64,000 nucleotides of DNA from Salisapilia sapeloensis CBS 127946. Its lineage: Eukaryota > Protista > Oomycota. Both the position numbers and the translations under genes were made by a program. How positions within the stretch are numbered: position 1 is the stretch's first letter; every line of letters starts with the position of its first letter. The stretch is from assembly GCA_023334545.1 (NCBI GenBank), contig JAADVB010000040.1, positions 36,880 through 100,879 on the forward strand. The letters run 5' to 3'. Shown piece after piece: positions 19,404-29,950 of this stretch. The notes below the pieces were generated by a model. That model saw only the letters and a list, made by a program, of their open reading frames with translations, did no database searches and was not told the origin of the DNA.

Positions 19404-20719
19404 ATGATACTCGGTACTGTACCGGCATTTGCTCCTGACTTTGCACGCCAATGTGGACTACAAGAACCACTTCGACTGTACCACCCACTGTATATCCACG
19501 ATCTACGTTCGGTGCAAAAGCACCGTGAGACGGTGGTCGATATAGCTTGTAAGAATCGGTCCGAGAGCCATTACTCGGGCGATCAGCAATTGCGACAGAG
19601 TGTAGAATTGAAATTCGGCGACTTTATAGACTACTACCAAGCTTGTTTTATTCAGCAAAGTCATTGGCTGCATTCTGTCGAAGATCTCGACTTTTACTTG
19701 TGCCAATGCCCCATAGCTACGTACGAATCGGACAGTACTAGCTCCGGCGCCAAGCTACCGCATCTAATGGACGACTTTATCACGTATTCTTTCTTTTATA
19801 TCAAATTTAAATTATGGTACAGTTAACTTATTGGAGAGGTAGGCCGGCTTGCTTGCAACAAGAAGACGTGACTCAAGTGAATGTCTGGATGACCGTCAAG
19901 CCGAGCGAAACGACACTCCATTACGACGCATACAAAAACATTCTGGTCGTTCTATACGGTCAGAAGACTGTCACGCTGTATCCCCCATCAGACACCAGTT
20001 CCTTGGACGCATACCCAGTCTACTCGACCAGTCCGAATCATGTGCAGCCATCGTCATATAAGCGCGAAAGAGGAAGCTCAAGCGGTCAAGTCTTCCATGT
20101 AAAAGCTGGCGACGCCCTTTTTATCCCAGAAGGCTGGTGGCATCAAGTACATAGCGCTGGCTTTACGATCGCCATCAACTACTGGTTCTCTGGTATGCGC
20201 AAACACTTGCTGGCAGCGTCTCAATCTCTGCCATACTACGCCCGAGTGTTGGTGGAAGCGATGGTTCATGCGGAACATAAACGAGTCATGGCTGAGCAAA
20301 GGCAAACGTGTCGAACAGAGATGGGTCTTGGTAAACCAGTAGAGGCAGATAGAGTGGTACACGAGATTATGCGCACGGACGCAGCAAAGCGTCGGGAGCA
20401 GTGTCTCATGGCTCTCGACGATAGAAACTTTGATCATATCCAGCGTCTTTTACTGGAAAATCACAAGAAGATCCTTGTGGAAGTCATACAGAACGCGTCG
20501 GATATATTCGCTACATATTTGACCGATTCGTGGGAGAAAGACGATGGCAGTTCGTCATGTGCGTCGGAAGTATTAGCCCTCTTTGACGATGAAAGCGTAG
20601 ATATTCGCGCCGTTCTTACACGTAAGAAAGAGTGCTTCCGTCAGCACTTGTGCCAGCGGGTACTGCATCAGACACTTGGGGTCTATCCCGTAGATAACTC
20701 AGAGCAAAAATACAATTAA
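19404..20719 (+). CDS. JmjC/cupin_8 Fe(II)-2OG oxygenase (418 aa; exons 19404-19783, 19843-20719)
   Basis: VNVWM..TTLHYDAYKNILVVLYGQKTVTLYPP (HxD) and VKAGDALFIPEGWWHQV (distal His), AINYW. A 59-nt intron 19784-19842 gives an open frame. The start codon is less certain. Confidence 0.85.
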
Positions 20720-21066
20720 TGTACCCAGGTATTCATTCAGACGACAGGAAGACACGCTATGCTGTTATATGGTAACCTCGCATACTCGCATATGCGTAAA
20801 AGCAAACGGTCATCTCAATTAAATGGCCAAGTATAATCAAGACTAGTAAGCATACATCCTAGTGCACTTGCTGTGTCTCGAAAGCTTCTATAGATGAAGA
20901 GATGGGCGTCAGGGTTTGATTAGAAGACCCGATTAGATGACCTAGATGATACCTACATAGCTGCCAAGATCTGCTACCTAGCGTCTAGTCTCCATCAACC
21001 GTGTCAAGGCGCTCACTTTCAATTAATCCTCGTGCTACACAAGTCCATTCCAGCTCAACAAGAAGT

Positions 21067-22320
21067 ATGGCTCCGAATAACGAGTGGCAGGTTTCTGCTT
21101 CAGAATACGCCGTGTCTATCTCCAACCCAATTCGCAGTGTCATCGAAGGTATCAAGATGCCAGAGAACCCAGGAAAGAAGCTCATCCCGTTGTCCATTGG
21201 CGATCCAACGGTGTATGGTAACCTCAAGGCTCCAGCAGTCGTTCAGAATGCCATTACGGCCAATGTCCAAACGTTCAAGTACAACGGATACCAGCATAGC
21301 ACTGGTAACCCTGCGGCGCGAGAAGCCATTGCAAAGTACCACAGCTCTGGTCACTCGTCCATCTCGAAGGAAGATGTTTTTATCACGACCGGATGTGCTG
21401 GCGCGTTGGACATGATCATTCGAGGCATGATCAACGCTGGTGACAACATCCTCTTGCCGCAGCCTGGCTTTCCTCTATATGAGTCGATCAGCAAGTCTGC
21501 CCACATCGAAGCTCGGTACTACAAGTTGCTTCCAGAGAGTAACTGGGAGTGTGACTTGGACCACATGACGAGTCTCATTGACAGCAAGACCAAGGCCATT
21601 CTCATCACGAATCCATCCAACCCTTGTGGAAGTGTCTTCACGAAAGAACACTTGTACGAGCTTCTGGCACTAGCTGAAAAGCACAAGGTTCCGATTATCG
21701 CGGACGAAATCTACGGCGACATGACCTTTGGCGACAGCGTCTTCTACCCTATCGCCTCTCTCTCCGAGCGCGTGCCAGTCATCACCGTTAGTGGACTAGC
21801 AAAGCACTACCTTGTGCCTGGCTGGCGAGTCGGTTGGATCGTCTTCCATGACCCCGTCAACGTCTTCGCGGACCTGAAACAAGGCTTGGGAAATATCGCG
21901 ATGATTACATTCGGAGCCAATTCCTTGGCCCAAAGTATCATCCCGTCTCTCTTGACACCTGAACCTGGCAGCAAGGCCGAAGCTCAGCTCCGGCACTTTA
22001 AGAAAGAGTACTTTGGATCGTTGGAAGAGAACGCCAAGTTCACGATGGAGGTCGTGAAAGACATTCCTGGTTTGGAAGTCGTACCACCTCAAGGCGCCAT
22101 GTATGCCCTCGTGAAGCTGGATGTGACCAAGTTTAAAGACATTGAGAACGACATGGAGTTTACGCAAAAGCTCTTGAACGAAGAGTCTGTCCTCGTTCTC
22201 CCTGGCAAGTGCTTTGAACTGCCCAACTACTTCCGATCGATCACGTGCCCACCAAAGCAGATACTAAACGAAGCATACGGACGCATGCGTTCGTTCTGCA
22301 AGCGTCACTCGATCGAGTAA
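21067..22320 (+). CDS. TAT: Tyrosine aminotransferase-family PLP enzyme, paralogue 2 (417 aa, intronless, most canonical)
   Basis: First ATG at 21067; LSIGDP, KYNGY..STG, TNPSNPCG, IADEIYGDM, SGLAKHYLVPGWRVGW. Confidence 0.94.
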   Translation: MAPNNEWQVSASEYAVSISNPIRSVIEGIKMPENPGKKLIPLSIGDPTVYGNLKAPAVVQNAITANVQTFKYNGYQHSTGNPAAREAIAKYHSSGHSSISKEDVFITTGCAGALDMIIRGMINAGDNILLPQPGFPLYESISKSAHIEARYYKLLPESNWECDLDHMTSLIDSKTKAILITNPSNPCGSVFTKEHLYELLALAEKHKVPIIADEIYGDMTFGDSVFYPIASLSERVPVITVSGLAKHYLVPGWRVGWIVFHDPVNVFADLKQGLGNIAMITFGANSLAQSIIPSLLTPEPGSKAEAQLRHFKKEYFGSLEENAKFTMEVVKDIPGLEVVPPQGAMYALVKLDVTKFKDIENDMEFTQKLLNEESVLVLPGKCFELPNYFRSITCPPKQILNEAYGRMRSFCKRHSIE

Positions 22321-22493
22321 GCCACACTAGTATCGTCGTAAGTGCTTTATTGAATATCAGTTTCATTTTTATCGTACACTCTTCTTGTCCGCCGATATCA
22401 TCTCCCTGTTGACACATGCATCGATATAAATGTAGAGCAGATATTACATGTACTTGATCAAGACGACAACCATGTAAAGTTCAAAACCCTAAA

Positions 22494-23987
22494 TTAATGT
22501 GCGTCAGTCGTTTGTTGATACGCATTCGCAGCGTTCTCTTTCCTCATCTGCAGCCTCTTACGTTGTTGATACCACAATCCGACGCCCGTCAGAACGAGCG
22601 TCACGACGCTCACGACCGCAGCGAGCGAGATCCAGCCCGTTACACTAAGACCGACAAACAGCTTACTCCCGCCACCGTCCACTTCCGTCGTATCAGCGAC
22701 ACCAGCTTTGGCACCCGTCGGGATGACTGGGAAGACGTTCAGTCCGCAGTTGAGCTTGTCGTCCATGAGGAGTTTCAAGAAGCCCTTGTCTCCCCACGAC
22801 GAAGAGTACGAGTTCTTGATGATCCAGTAGTCGCCCGCCTTGCTGTCCGTACCGTAGCCGACGAGGACAAGGGCGTGGTTAATGTCCGACTTGGACGTCA
22901 AGTCGCCGTCGTTTGGGCAGCTGTAGAGGCCACCTGCATAGTCCTTGAAGCTTCCACCAGAGTTCATAGCCACCGCGATAGGCTGCTTCTTCAACGCGCT
23001 CTTCAATAGGTCCACAGCGCTGCTGCCAGAGGTACAGTCGACCCCCATGGCTTGCTCATACCCACTGATACTAGCAGCAGTCTTGTTCTTTGGTGTAGTG
23101 GAACAAGTAGCGTTGTCTGCACCAGTGGAGCCGCTTTCGTCGTCGTAGGGAAGGTCAAGCATGGTCACGAGACCCATGTGATCCTGTGCGGCGTCCATGA
23201 ACGCTCCGTGGGTCATGCCGCCGTTGCAGCCATTGTTCTTGCTCGACCAGACCATCTTGTCTTTGATCCAACTCGCACCGACGTCACCTTGAAGCCAACA
23301 GTACTCGAACGTCTGCTCCGTCTGACGGTGACTGCAGGAGAGGAACTGCTGCGGAGACAAGGCGACAGCATGTTTCTGATCCTCATTGATCGCCACGGCA
23401 GCTTCGATGGCGTCAGCTGCAGCGAATGCCCAGCAACTACCACAGTTCTCCTGACTCTTCACTGCGGAGCATACGCTATGTCCCTTTGGGTTGTTCTCGT
23501 CGCACCAGTTGAAAGAGGACGCATCGTCGCTCGAGCCAGAGGAGACAGTCCCACTGCCTCCTGTCGTGCTGCCGGTAGAGGAGGACGTCTGGAGTCGACG
23601 TCGTTCTCTCGCTCGCACTTCCTGCTGGACAAAGAGTTCTGGTAGGAGCTCTCGGCTGCTCTTCTCCTGCAAGTGTCGGTGATTGACACCGACGTCGTAG
23701 GAAAAGGTATGACCGAGTCGATCAGCGTGCTTGCGGACAGTTTCCATGTACTCCATGTGCTCCTCCAAATTTCGCCTCGCTTCCTCCTTGAGGACGGGCT
23801 CTAGATCGCTCGTATCGACCATGACTTCCTGCAAATCCCGTGTTTCGAGCAACTCGCCATTGGGTCCAGCCCAGAGGCATGGTGCGTCGTATGCGGCCTG
23901 TGGACACGACACGAGCGTACCGAAGGACTTGGTGGTGTCTGCCGCCACTGTCGCCGCGGCTGCCGCTGCTAGTATAAACGATCGCAT
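22494..23987 (-). CDS. Papain-family (C1A) cysteine protease, signal peptide plus C-terminal TM anchor, 497 aa
   Basis: Signal peptide MRSFILAAAAAATVAA; degenerate I29-like prodomain; QENCGSCWAFA (Gln, Cys), GCNGG, NHALVLVGYG (His), YWIIKNSYSSSWG (Asn); TM WISLAAVVSVVTLVLTGVGLWY. Confidence 0.94.
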   Translation of the reverse strand: MRSFILAAAAAATVAADTTKSFGTLVSCPQAAYDAPCLWAGPNGELLETRDLQEVMVDTSDLEPVLKEEARRNLEEHMEYMETVRKHADRLGHTFSYDVGVNHRHLQEKSSRELLPELFVQQEVRARERRRLQTSSSTGSTTGGSGTVSSGSSDDASSFNWCDENNPKGHSVCSAVKSQENCGSCWAFAAADAIEAAVAINEDQKHAVALSPQQFLSCSHRQTEQTFEYCWLQGDVGASWIKDKMVWSSKNNGCNGGMTHGAFMDAAQDHMGLVTMLDLPYDDESGSTGADNATCSTTPKNKTAASISGYEQAMGVDCTSGSSAVDLLKSALKKQPIAVAMNSGGSFKDYAGGLYSCPNDGDLTSKSDINHALVLVGYGTDSKAGDYWIIKNSYSSSWGDKGFLKLLMDDKLNCGLNVFPVIPTGAKAGVADTTEVDGGGSKLFVGLSVTGWISLAAVVSVVTLVLTGVGLWYQQRKRLQMRKENAANAYQQTTDAH

Positions 23988-24001
23988 GCCTCGTGTGTCT
24001 T

Positions 24002-24010
24002 GAAATGAGC
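24002..24010 (-). promoter_or_regulatory. INR of the C1A protease gene
   Basis: GCTCATTTC on the minus strand, ~15-23 nt upstream of the ATG at 23987. Confidence 0.5.
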
Positions 24011-24306
24011 TCGAGTGTCCGATGGTAAGTAGTGTCGTACGATGGTGCGAGGAATATCCGGTTTAGCAGCCAGTGGTATACAAATTTCAAGTCGATCGTG
24101 GAAGAATGTGATTGCGATGGTTTAGGAGGGTGGAAATGGTCTGTTTGTCTCGACTCTTTCGCATGGATTTTGTAGAGAATTTTGAGATGTACATGCATCT
24201 AGTATCTACTTGATAAGAAGGAAGGACATCTAGTACAAGTGATAAAAGGGAGGAAATGTAGAATATTGGAAATCCAATTGTTACTAGCGAAGAAGAGCAG
24301 GTCGGA

Positions 24307-24828
24307 ATGTACGTTGATAAAGAAGCGTATGCTCGCTTTGAGGACCATGATGGTCGAGAGACAAGTGTGAGCTGCATCGTCAACGTGTCGGCTGCCAAGG
24401 CCATGGAAGCGTGGTATGAGCACTGCTGGTTGGCGAACGCGACGGAGGAGCTTCGTCCTGGCAAAGGAAGGGGCGGTCTCGGCTCGTTGCGTCAAGTACC
24501 ACTAGGCATCACGGAACAGATTTTGGCGGTGGGAGCCCCAGAAGACTCGACAAGTATGGACGCGAACAGCAAGGACGAAGTATACACAGTGCTGTACAAG
24601 ATGGTAGACTATGGCGTGGCTCCGGTACAAAACCACTTGGGTTTCGTGCGCTTCGTGCCGGACTTGTCTGCGCCGGTGGAGCGACCGACGACGTTGGTGC
24701 TGTGGTCATTCAAAAACACACCAACGCGATTCGGTGCGTTTTGTTGTGGAGGTGCATTGTGGCGCTTGATCTCCCGAAGTGCGCTCCAAAAGTTCCTAAA
24801 GGACCTCGTGGCAGCGACTAAGAAGTAA
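24307..24828 (+). CDS. SRPBCC/START-fold (polyketide_cyc2 / Bet v1-like) protein 1, 173 aa
   Basis: Pattern GGLGSLRQV-GITEQIL..VLYKMV..PVQNHLGFVRFVP..TLVLWSF plus a long C-terminal helix (ISRSALQKFLKDL) fits the SRPBCC topology; paralogous to the next gene. Confidence 0.7.
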   Translation: MYVDKEAYARFEDHDGRETSVSCIVNVSAAKAMEAWYEHCWLANATEELRPGKGRGGLGSLRQVPLGITEQILAVGAPEDSTSMDANSKDEVYTVLYKMVDYGVAPVQNHLGFVRFVPDLSAPVERPTTLVLWSFKNTPTRFGAFCCGGALWRLISRSALQKFLKDLVAATKK

Positions 24829-25008
24829 AGATCGAATAGAAGAGGTGCGTTTCCACTGCAGTTAACGAGTACGAGGTAGATTCAGGAAGTTTTAGGTAGA
24901 AGATCATAGTACAGGGGTATTTGCCAACGTACACGCAGCGTGCAAATCACGACGGAATCCTCCATATGTGTTTATCCTCCATCTATTCGTGAATCTATAA
25001 CTCTCGAC

Positions 25009-25515
25009 ATGGACGACAGGTCTCGGTACGTGGATCCCGACTCGTTCGAGCGGTTTAGTAGTTACGAGGGGAAAGAGGAAAGCGTCGAGCGTGTTGTACC
25101 TCTCACTGTGCCAGAGGCCTTTGATGCGTGGATTCAATGCTGCTGGATCGATCCATCCGTGTCCACCTTGGATAATGGGGAAGGGCGAGGACATGTCGGC
25201 CATCACCGTAAAGTCCCGCTAGGCATCACCGAGCAGATCCTCGCTGCCGGAGCTCCTGCCACGACTACCTCTCCCGATGCTATCTGTAGCATCCTGTACC
25301 AAGTTCAGACGTACTCGATCGCTCCGATGGAACGTCATCTAGGCTTTGTTCGGTTCATCCCGGACACATCCGTTCCATCGGACGCACCCAAGACTCTAGT
25401 CGTCTGGACATACAAATGCTCTCCTACTGGAGTCTGCAAATACTGCTGTGGCGGTGCACTATGGCGCTACATCTGCTCGACATCTCTACGTCAATATCTC
25501 AATCGATTAAAATGA
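25009..25515 (+). CDS. SRPBCC/START-fold protein 2 (tandem paralogue), 168 aa
   Basis: First ATG at 25009; shares GRG..G..R.VPLGITEQILA.GAP, HLGFVRF.PD, TLV.W, CCGGALWR with 24307-24828. Confidence 0.7.
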   Translation: MDDRSRYVDPDSFERFSSYEGKEESVERVVPLTVPEAFDAWIQCCWIDPSVSTLDNGEGRGHVGHHRKVPLGITEQILAAGAPATTTSPDAICSILYQVQTYSIAPMERHLGFVRFIPDTSVPSDAPKTLVVWTYKCSPTGVCKYCCGGALWRYICSTSLRQYLNRLK

Positions 25516-25562
25516 AAGGAATGAAACGTGTATTTGATTGTTGATGGAACAAGTATTCAAAG

Positions 25563-27425
25563 CTAAAAGTCTTGCTCTCCATTGTTCCCATTCGTTCGAC
25601 TCGCATTGCGTTGGTTCAAACCATTCGTCTCGTCCGGACGTTGCATCGTACTTGTGTCCGTCGCAGTCATGGTCGGTGCTGGCATCGGCTCCTCATGCGA
25701 TCGATGGCGGACTTCATTATCGAATTCTTTATTTACGCTCTTCTTCCGCATGGCAACGACACCAAGCGCGATGAATACGAGCAACATAAAGCCAAGGAAG
25801 CCGCCTACCACTGCAAAGATGACAGGAGGAGCGCTAGAGGAGCTTGTCAGCGTATTACAGACGCTCAGGTCTTTAACGGTGCAGGAGGCACCAGTGTAGC
25901 ATCCGAGACACTGACATGCCATCTCACCATCCTGCTCCAGACACTGTCCGTTCTCGCCACAATCGGCCGATGTCTTACAAGCGTTGCCACCCGACTTAAC
26001 TTCAAAGTTGTCACCACAGATATCCTTTTGACTGGTACCAACCGTACTAGAGACCTTGACATCACACGTCGCGCCATCATCCGTACAGACGACGCCTTCT
26101 CGACTAGATGTCGTCCACACGTCTCCCTTATTCACAATGAGGCTCTTGTCCGTGCAAGAGTCAATGAACCACCCGTAGTCATTCGCACGTTCATTAATGT
26201 CCGTGATTTTGCCAGTCACCTCCGGTGACCATTTGCACTTGGTACTATCCGTCCACTTGGCTTTTTCCTTCGGGACCGAATACTTTTTAAATTGATCTTT
26301 GAGGTTTTCAAAGTCCGGCGTCGACTTGTCACTTGGTTTGCCTAGAAAGTCGGTGCTACCACCCGTAAGCATCGGATAGAGCGAGGCTTCCGACAGTTTC
26401 GCTTGACCGAACGAATATGCCATGCCTCCGGAAAAGATGTCTGAAAAGTCTTTGGATTCGGAAGGACTGTCGTACAAGTACTCGACCATGCCCCAGTCTC
26501 TCGTCGTCGCCTTATCCTCCTTGCATCCGTACTCGCCAAAGCCAATGACGATCGGAATGCCTTGCGCCATGTTATAGAAACGCTCGTACGCTTCGGCGTA
26601 AGTGGATTTGGGACACCAACGGTACTCGTTGATGAGGTAGATGTCGATGGATTGTTGCATCGTCCCGTCCTTCATCTTATCTCCACATAAGAGTCCTTGG
26701 ATCTTCAGCGTGTGGTACTCATCTGCATCGGGAATATCTGACCCATAGGCACTATCGGCCGCAGCGTACGCAAGTGGTAGGACACGAATTCGATCTCCGT
26801 TGACGGCCATCCAGTTCTTCAGATCTGCTACATACTGCTTGACACATGCGGCTGCAGTGACGCCTTCCTGCATGATTTCATTGGCAACGACGATACCTAA
26901 AGTGTTGTCGTACTGGGCAAAGTTTTTCGCAATCTTCTTGCCATACTCGAGCAGTAGCGCAGGGTAGCACGTCTCTGTTTGATCTGTCGTCTTCACGCCG
27001 TCGTTGGATGAAACCTGTCCGTCCGGTCCGAGCTTCTTGGTGATGGTCGAGTACCTGTACTTGCCATAATACTTGTCGTTATCGGGAGATCCGGACACGA
27101 GGACGTAGACACCCATGGCTTTCATGTCGTTCATGAACTTTTTGTACGAAGACGACGGATTGATGTTATACAGACGCAAAGTGTTGAACTCGACGTCGCT
27201 CAGGAACTTTTTAATTACGTCCTTGGACTTCTCCTCGTAGTACTCGTCGCTCACGGCGTACTCGTACGTCATTCCTTTCATCATGAACCGTTCGCCTGTT
27301 TTGGAATTGTACATCTTGTGTCCACGGATGATAATCGGAGCGACTTCGCTGTCCGCTGCGACCGATACACTCGCCCATAGCGCTGTGAGCATCCAAATCG
27401 ACCGGAAGAGGACGCTCATGGTCAT
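25563..27425 (-). CDS. GH72 beta-1,3-glucanosyltransferase (Gas/Gel-like) 1, type I membrane protein with EGF-like domain, 620 aa, intronless
   Basis: Signal peptide; PIIIRGHKMYNSKTGERF.MKG.TY, NTLRLYNINP, IVVANE (acid/base Glu), FGEYGC (nucleophile), FSGGMAYSF; Cys-rich CKTSADCGENGQC..CQCLGCYTGASC; TM VIFAVVGGFLGFMLLVFIALGVVAM. Confidence 0.93.
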   Translation of the reverse strand: MTMSVLFRSIWMLTALWASVSVAADSEVAPIIIRGHKMYNSKTGERFMMKGMTYEYAVSDEYYEEKSKDVIKKFLSDVEFNTLRLYNINPSSSYKKFMNDMKAMGVYVLVSGSPDNDKYYGKYRYSTITKKLGPDGQVSSNDGVKTTDQTETCYPALLLEYGKKIAKNFAQYDNTLGIVVANEIMQEGVTAAACVKQYVADLKNWMAVNGDRIRVLPLAYAAADSAYGSDIPDADEYHTLKIQGLLCGDKMKDGTMQQSIDIYLINEYRWCPKSTYAEAYERFYNMAQGIPIVIGFGEYGCKEDKATTRDWGMVEYLYDSPSESKDFSDIFSGGMAYSFGQAKLSEASLYPMLTGGSTDFLGKPSDKSTPDFENLKDQFKKYSVPKEKAKWTDSTKCKWSPEVTGKITDINERANDYGWFIDSCTDKSLIVNKGDVWTTSSREGVVCTDDGATCDVKVSSTVGTSQKDICGDNFEVKSGGNACKTSADCGENGQCLEQDGEMACQCLGCYTGASCTVKDLSVCNTLTSSSSAPPVIFAVVGGFLGFMLLVFIALGVVAMRKKSVNKEFDNEVRHRSHEEPMPAPTMTATDTSTMQRPDETNGLNQRNASRTNGNNGEQDF

Positions 27426-27703
27426 TCGAAGTGTGTGCTATCGAAGCGGCTCTTACGACTTTTGCTCAGTATATAGCGACAGGAACCCATGAAATACTAA
27501 ATTTAATAGTGTCTTTATGCCTGTATTTGACAAAATACATATCTGAGGTATACAATATGCATGTAGAAGAAATAGATTTATTCACTTTCTAGAGGTCGTC
27601 ATGGGTGCTGACGCCATCGATCCAGATATGGACATGGTTCGTACAGCTAAGGACTCGATATCTCTTGTCATTTGTATTTATCAGAAGATCCTAGATATCT
27701 ACA

Positions 27704-29582
27704 CTATGTAGCTGCAGTCTCGGCACTTGCTCCAGTCCCGAGTTTCGCCTGATCCGTCTTCTGCTTGGAGGCTGCATATCACAAGTTAGTTACTACCACA
27801 TAGTCCAAGTAGGATGAAGACGTACCACTGTACTTGCGCTGGGCATAGATGCCGAGAGCAGTGCAGCCAACAATGAGGGCAGCGATGGCCAGTCCGCCGA
27901 TCGTGTAGACGACAGTGGGTGCTGTCTTGGAGCTGGCGAGAATATCACAAGTGATAGACTGGGTACAGTCCTTGCCGACGTAGCACTCGTCACACTTGCA
28001 CTCTTTATCTCCCTTGTCATTCTTCTTGCACCTGCCGTGGTGGCAGTCGTTATCGTCCTCACAGTCGCCTCCACCTGCCTTGAGCCCAAACGAGTCTCCA
28101 CAAATATCTTCTTGCGTCGTCCCTTTCGCTTCGGATAGCGAAACACCACATTTGCCTCCATCGTCATTGCACACGACACCTTCCCTCGACTTCATGGTCC
28201 ACGTATCGGTCTTGACAACCTTTAAAAAGTCAGCGTCACAGTCATCGACAAGCCATCCGTGCTTCTTGACGCGTTTACTATTACTCGTCACATTGGAATC
28301 GTTCTTTGGTGTCCAAGTACAGACGGAATCTTTCTCCCAGTCTGCCTTCTCCGATACGATCGCATACTTTTCAAATTGTTTCTTCAGATTGTCAAAGTCC
28401 TTCGTCTTCTTCGTACTCGGTTGCTTGAGGGCGTCTGTGCTACCGTCTTTGAACATGGGGAAGAGGGAGTCGTCGGACAGACCAGCTTCTCCGTACGAGT
28501 AGGCTAGACCACCAGACCAGACGTTGGAGAAACCTTCCGTGTCGGACGAATCGCCGTACATGTACTCAACCATCCCCCACGTCCTGGGACTAGATGCGTC
28601 GTGATTGCACCCGTACTCTCCGAATGCTAGAACGATCGGAACGCCTTCGAGGGAATCCATAAAACGCTTGTATGTACCGTCAAAGTCCGAGTCTGGGCAC
28701 CAACGGTACTCGTTGATAAGGTACATGTCAATGGACTCTTGCATCATCCCGTCCTTCATCTCGTCTCCACACAAGAGACCTTGGATCTTGAGAACGTGAT
28801 ACTCGTCTGCGTCGGTGATTTTATCGCCATAGCTACTATCTGCCGCCGCAAAGGCGAGTGGCAGCATACGCAGGCGATCTCCATTGACAGCCATCCAGGT
28901 CTTTAAGTCAGCCGTGTACTGCTTGACACAGGCAGCGGCAGTGAGATCCTTTTGCATGATCTCATTCGCGACGACGATGCCGAGTGTGTTGTCATACTGG
29001 GCAAAGGTCTTGGCGATCTTCTTGCCGAATTGGAGCAAGAGAGCTGGATAGCAAGTATTTCCTTCCGGTGCAGAGCCAGAGCCAGAGACAGCGCCGTTCG
29101 GACCGAGCTTCTTTGTGATGGTAGAGTATCGGTACTTGCCAAAGTACTCTGTACTGCCGGGGGAAGCGGCGACGAGTACGTAGATACCTCTTTTCTTCAT
29201 GTCGGCCATGAACTTATCGTACGTATTGTCTGGATTGATGTTGTACAGACGAACGGTATTGAACTCGAGGTCTTTCAGTCGCTCCGTAAACACTTCCTTG
29301 GCATATTCATCGTAGTAGTCGTCACTCACAGCATACCCATAGGTTAGCTAGAGTATAATTTTACGTCAGTATACAAGGCCTTCGATTGGAACTAGTATAA
29401 TAGGATAGGTCACGTACGCCTTTCATAAAAAATCGCTCCTTGGTCTTGGAGTTATACAGCTTATTGCCTCGGACGATGATGGGGGCAACTGTATCGCTGC
29501 TAGAGTCTCCACTACCAGACGCTGCGACGACGATAGCGTATATGGAGAGGAGGAGTATACATGGAAGGAACCGTCTTGCCAT
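27704..29582 (-). CDS. GH72 glucanosyltransferase 2 (584 aa; exons 29582-29418, 29347-27826, 27771-27704), type I membrane protein with EGF-like domain
   Basis: Signal peptide MARRFLPCILLLSIYAIVVAA; a 70-nt intron (29348-29417) joins FFMKG|LTYGYAV; ANE and FGEYGC catalytic motifs; TM. A second 54-nt intron (27772-27825, GTACGT..CTAAC..CAG) adds a terminal exon ending SKQKTDQAKLGTGASAETAAT*. Confidence 0.9.
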
Positions 29583-29950
29583 GGCACTTGACGCTGCGGA
29601 AGAGGTATCAGGAAATGGAATGAAGTAGGTTAATGCTGTTCGAGGTAAAATCCACTTCAAGAGGATGTACATATGATTGGAGGAAAATCCATGGATCAGA
29701 TCAGGATTGGACGAAAGTGTGGTCGAGACAATGGATGAGTAGGTAGAAAATCCACGTACCGTAGGATTCACCTTGATCGCGTCTGACATGCTCTCCAGGA
29801 GCGTGTACTGACAAGCATGTTCATTACACGTTTTAATCTTTATCTTGGCAGCTGATGAGAGATAGGTTAATAGTACACAAGCATCTTAAGTCGTGAGATG
29901 TCAAGTACTTCATCCTATTTTTTCGATTATGCGTTGGACAAGGCACTGGT

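Noticed and set aside
27605-27620. 14-nt match GCTGACGCCATCGA to the papain active-site region
   Set aside because: Homology does not extend in any frame; dozens of 14-mer matches are expected by chance in a window of this size.
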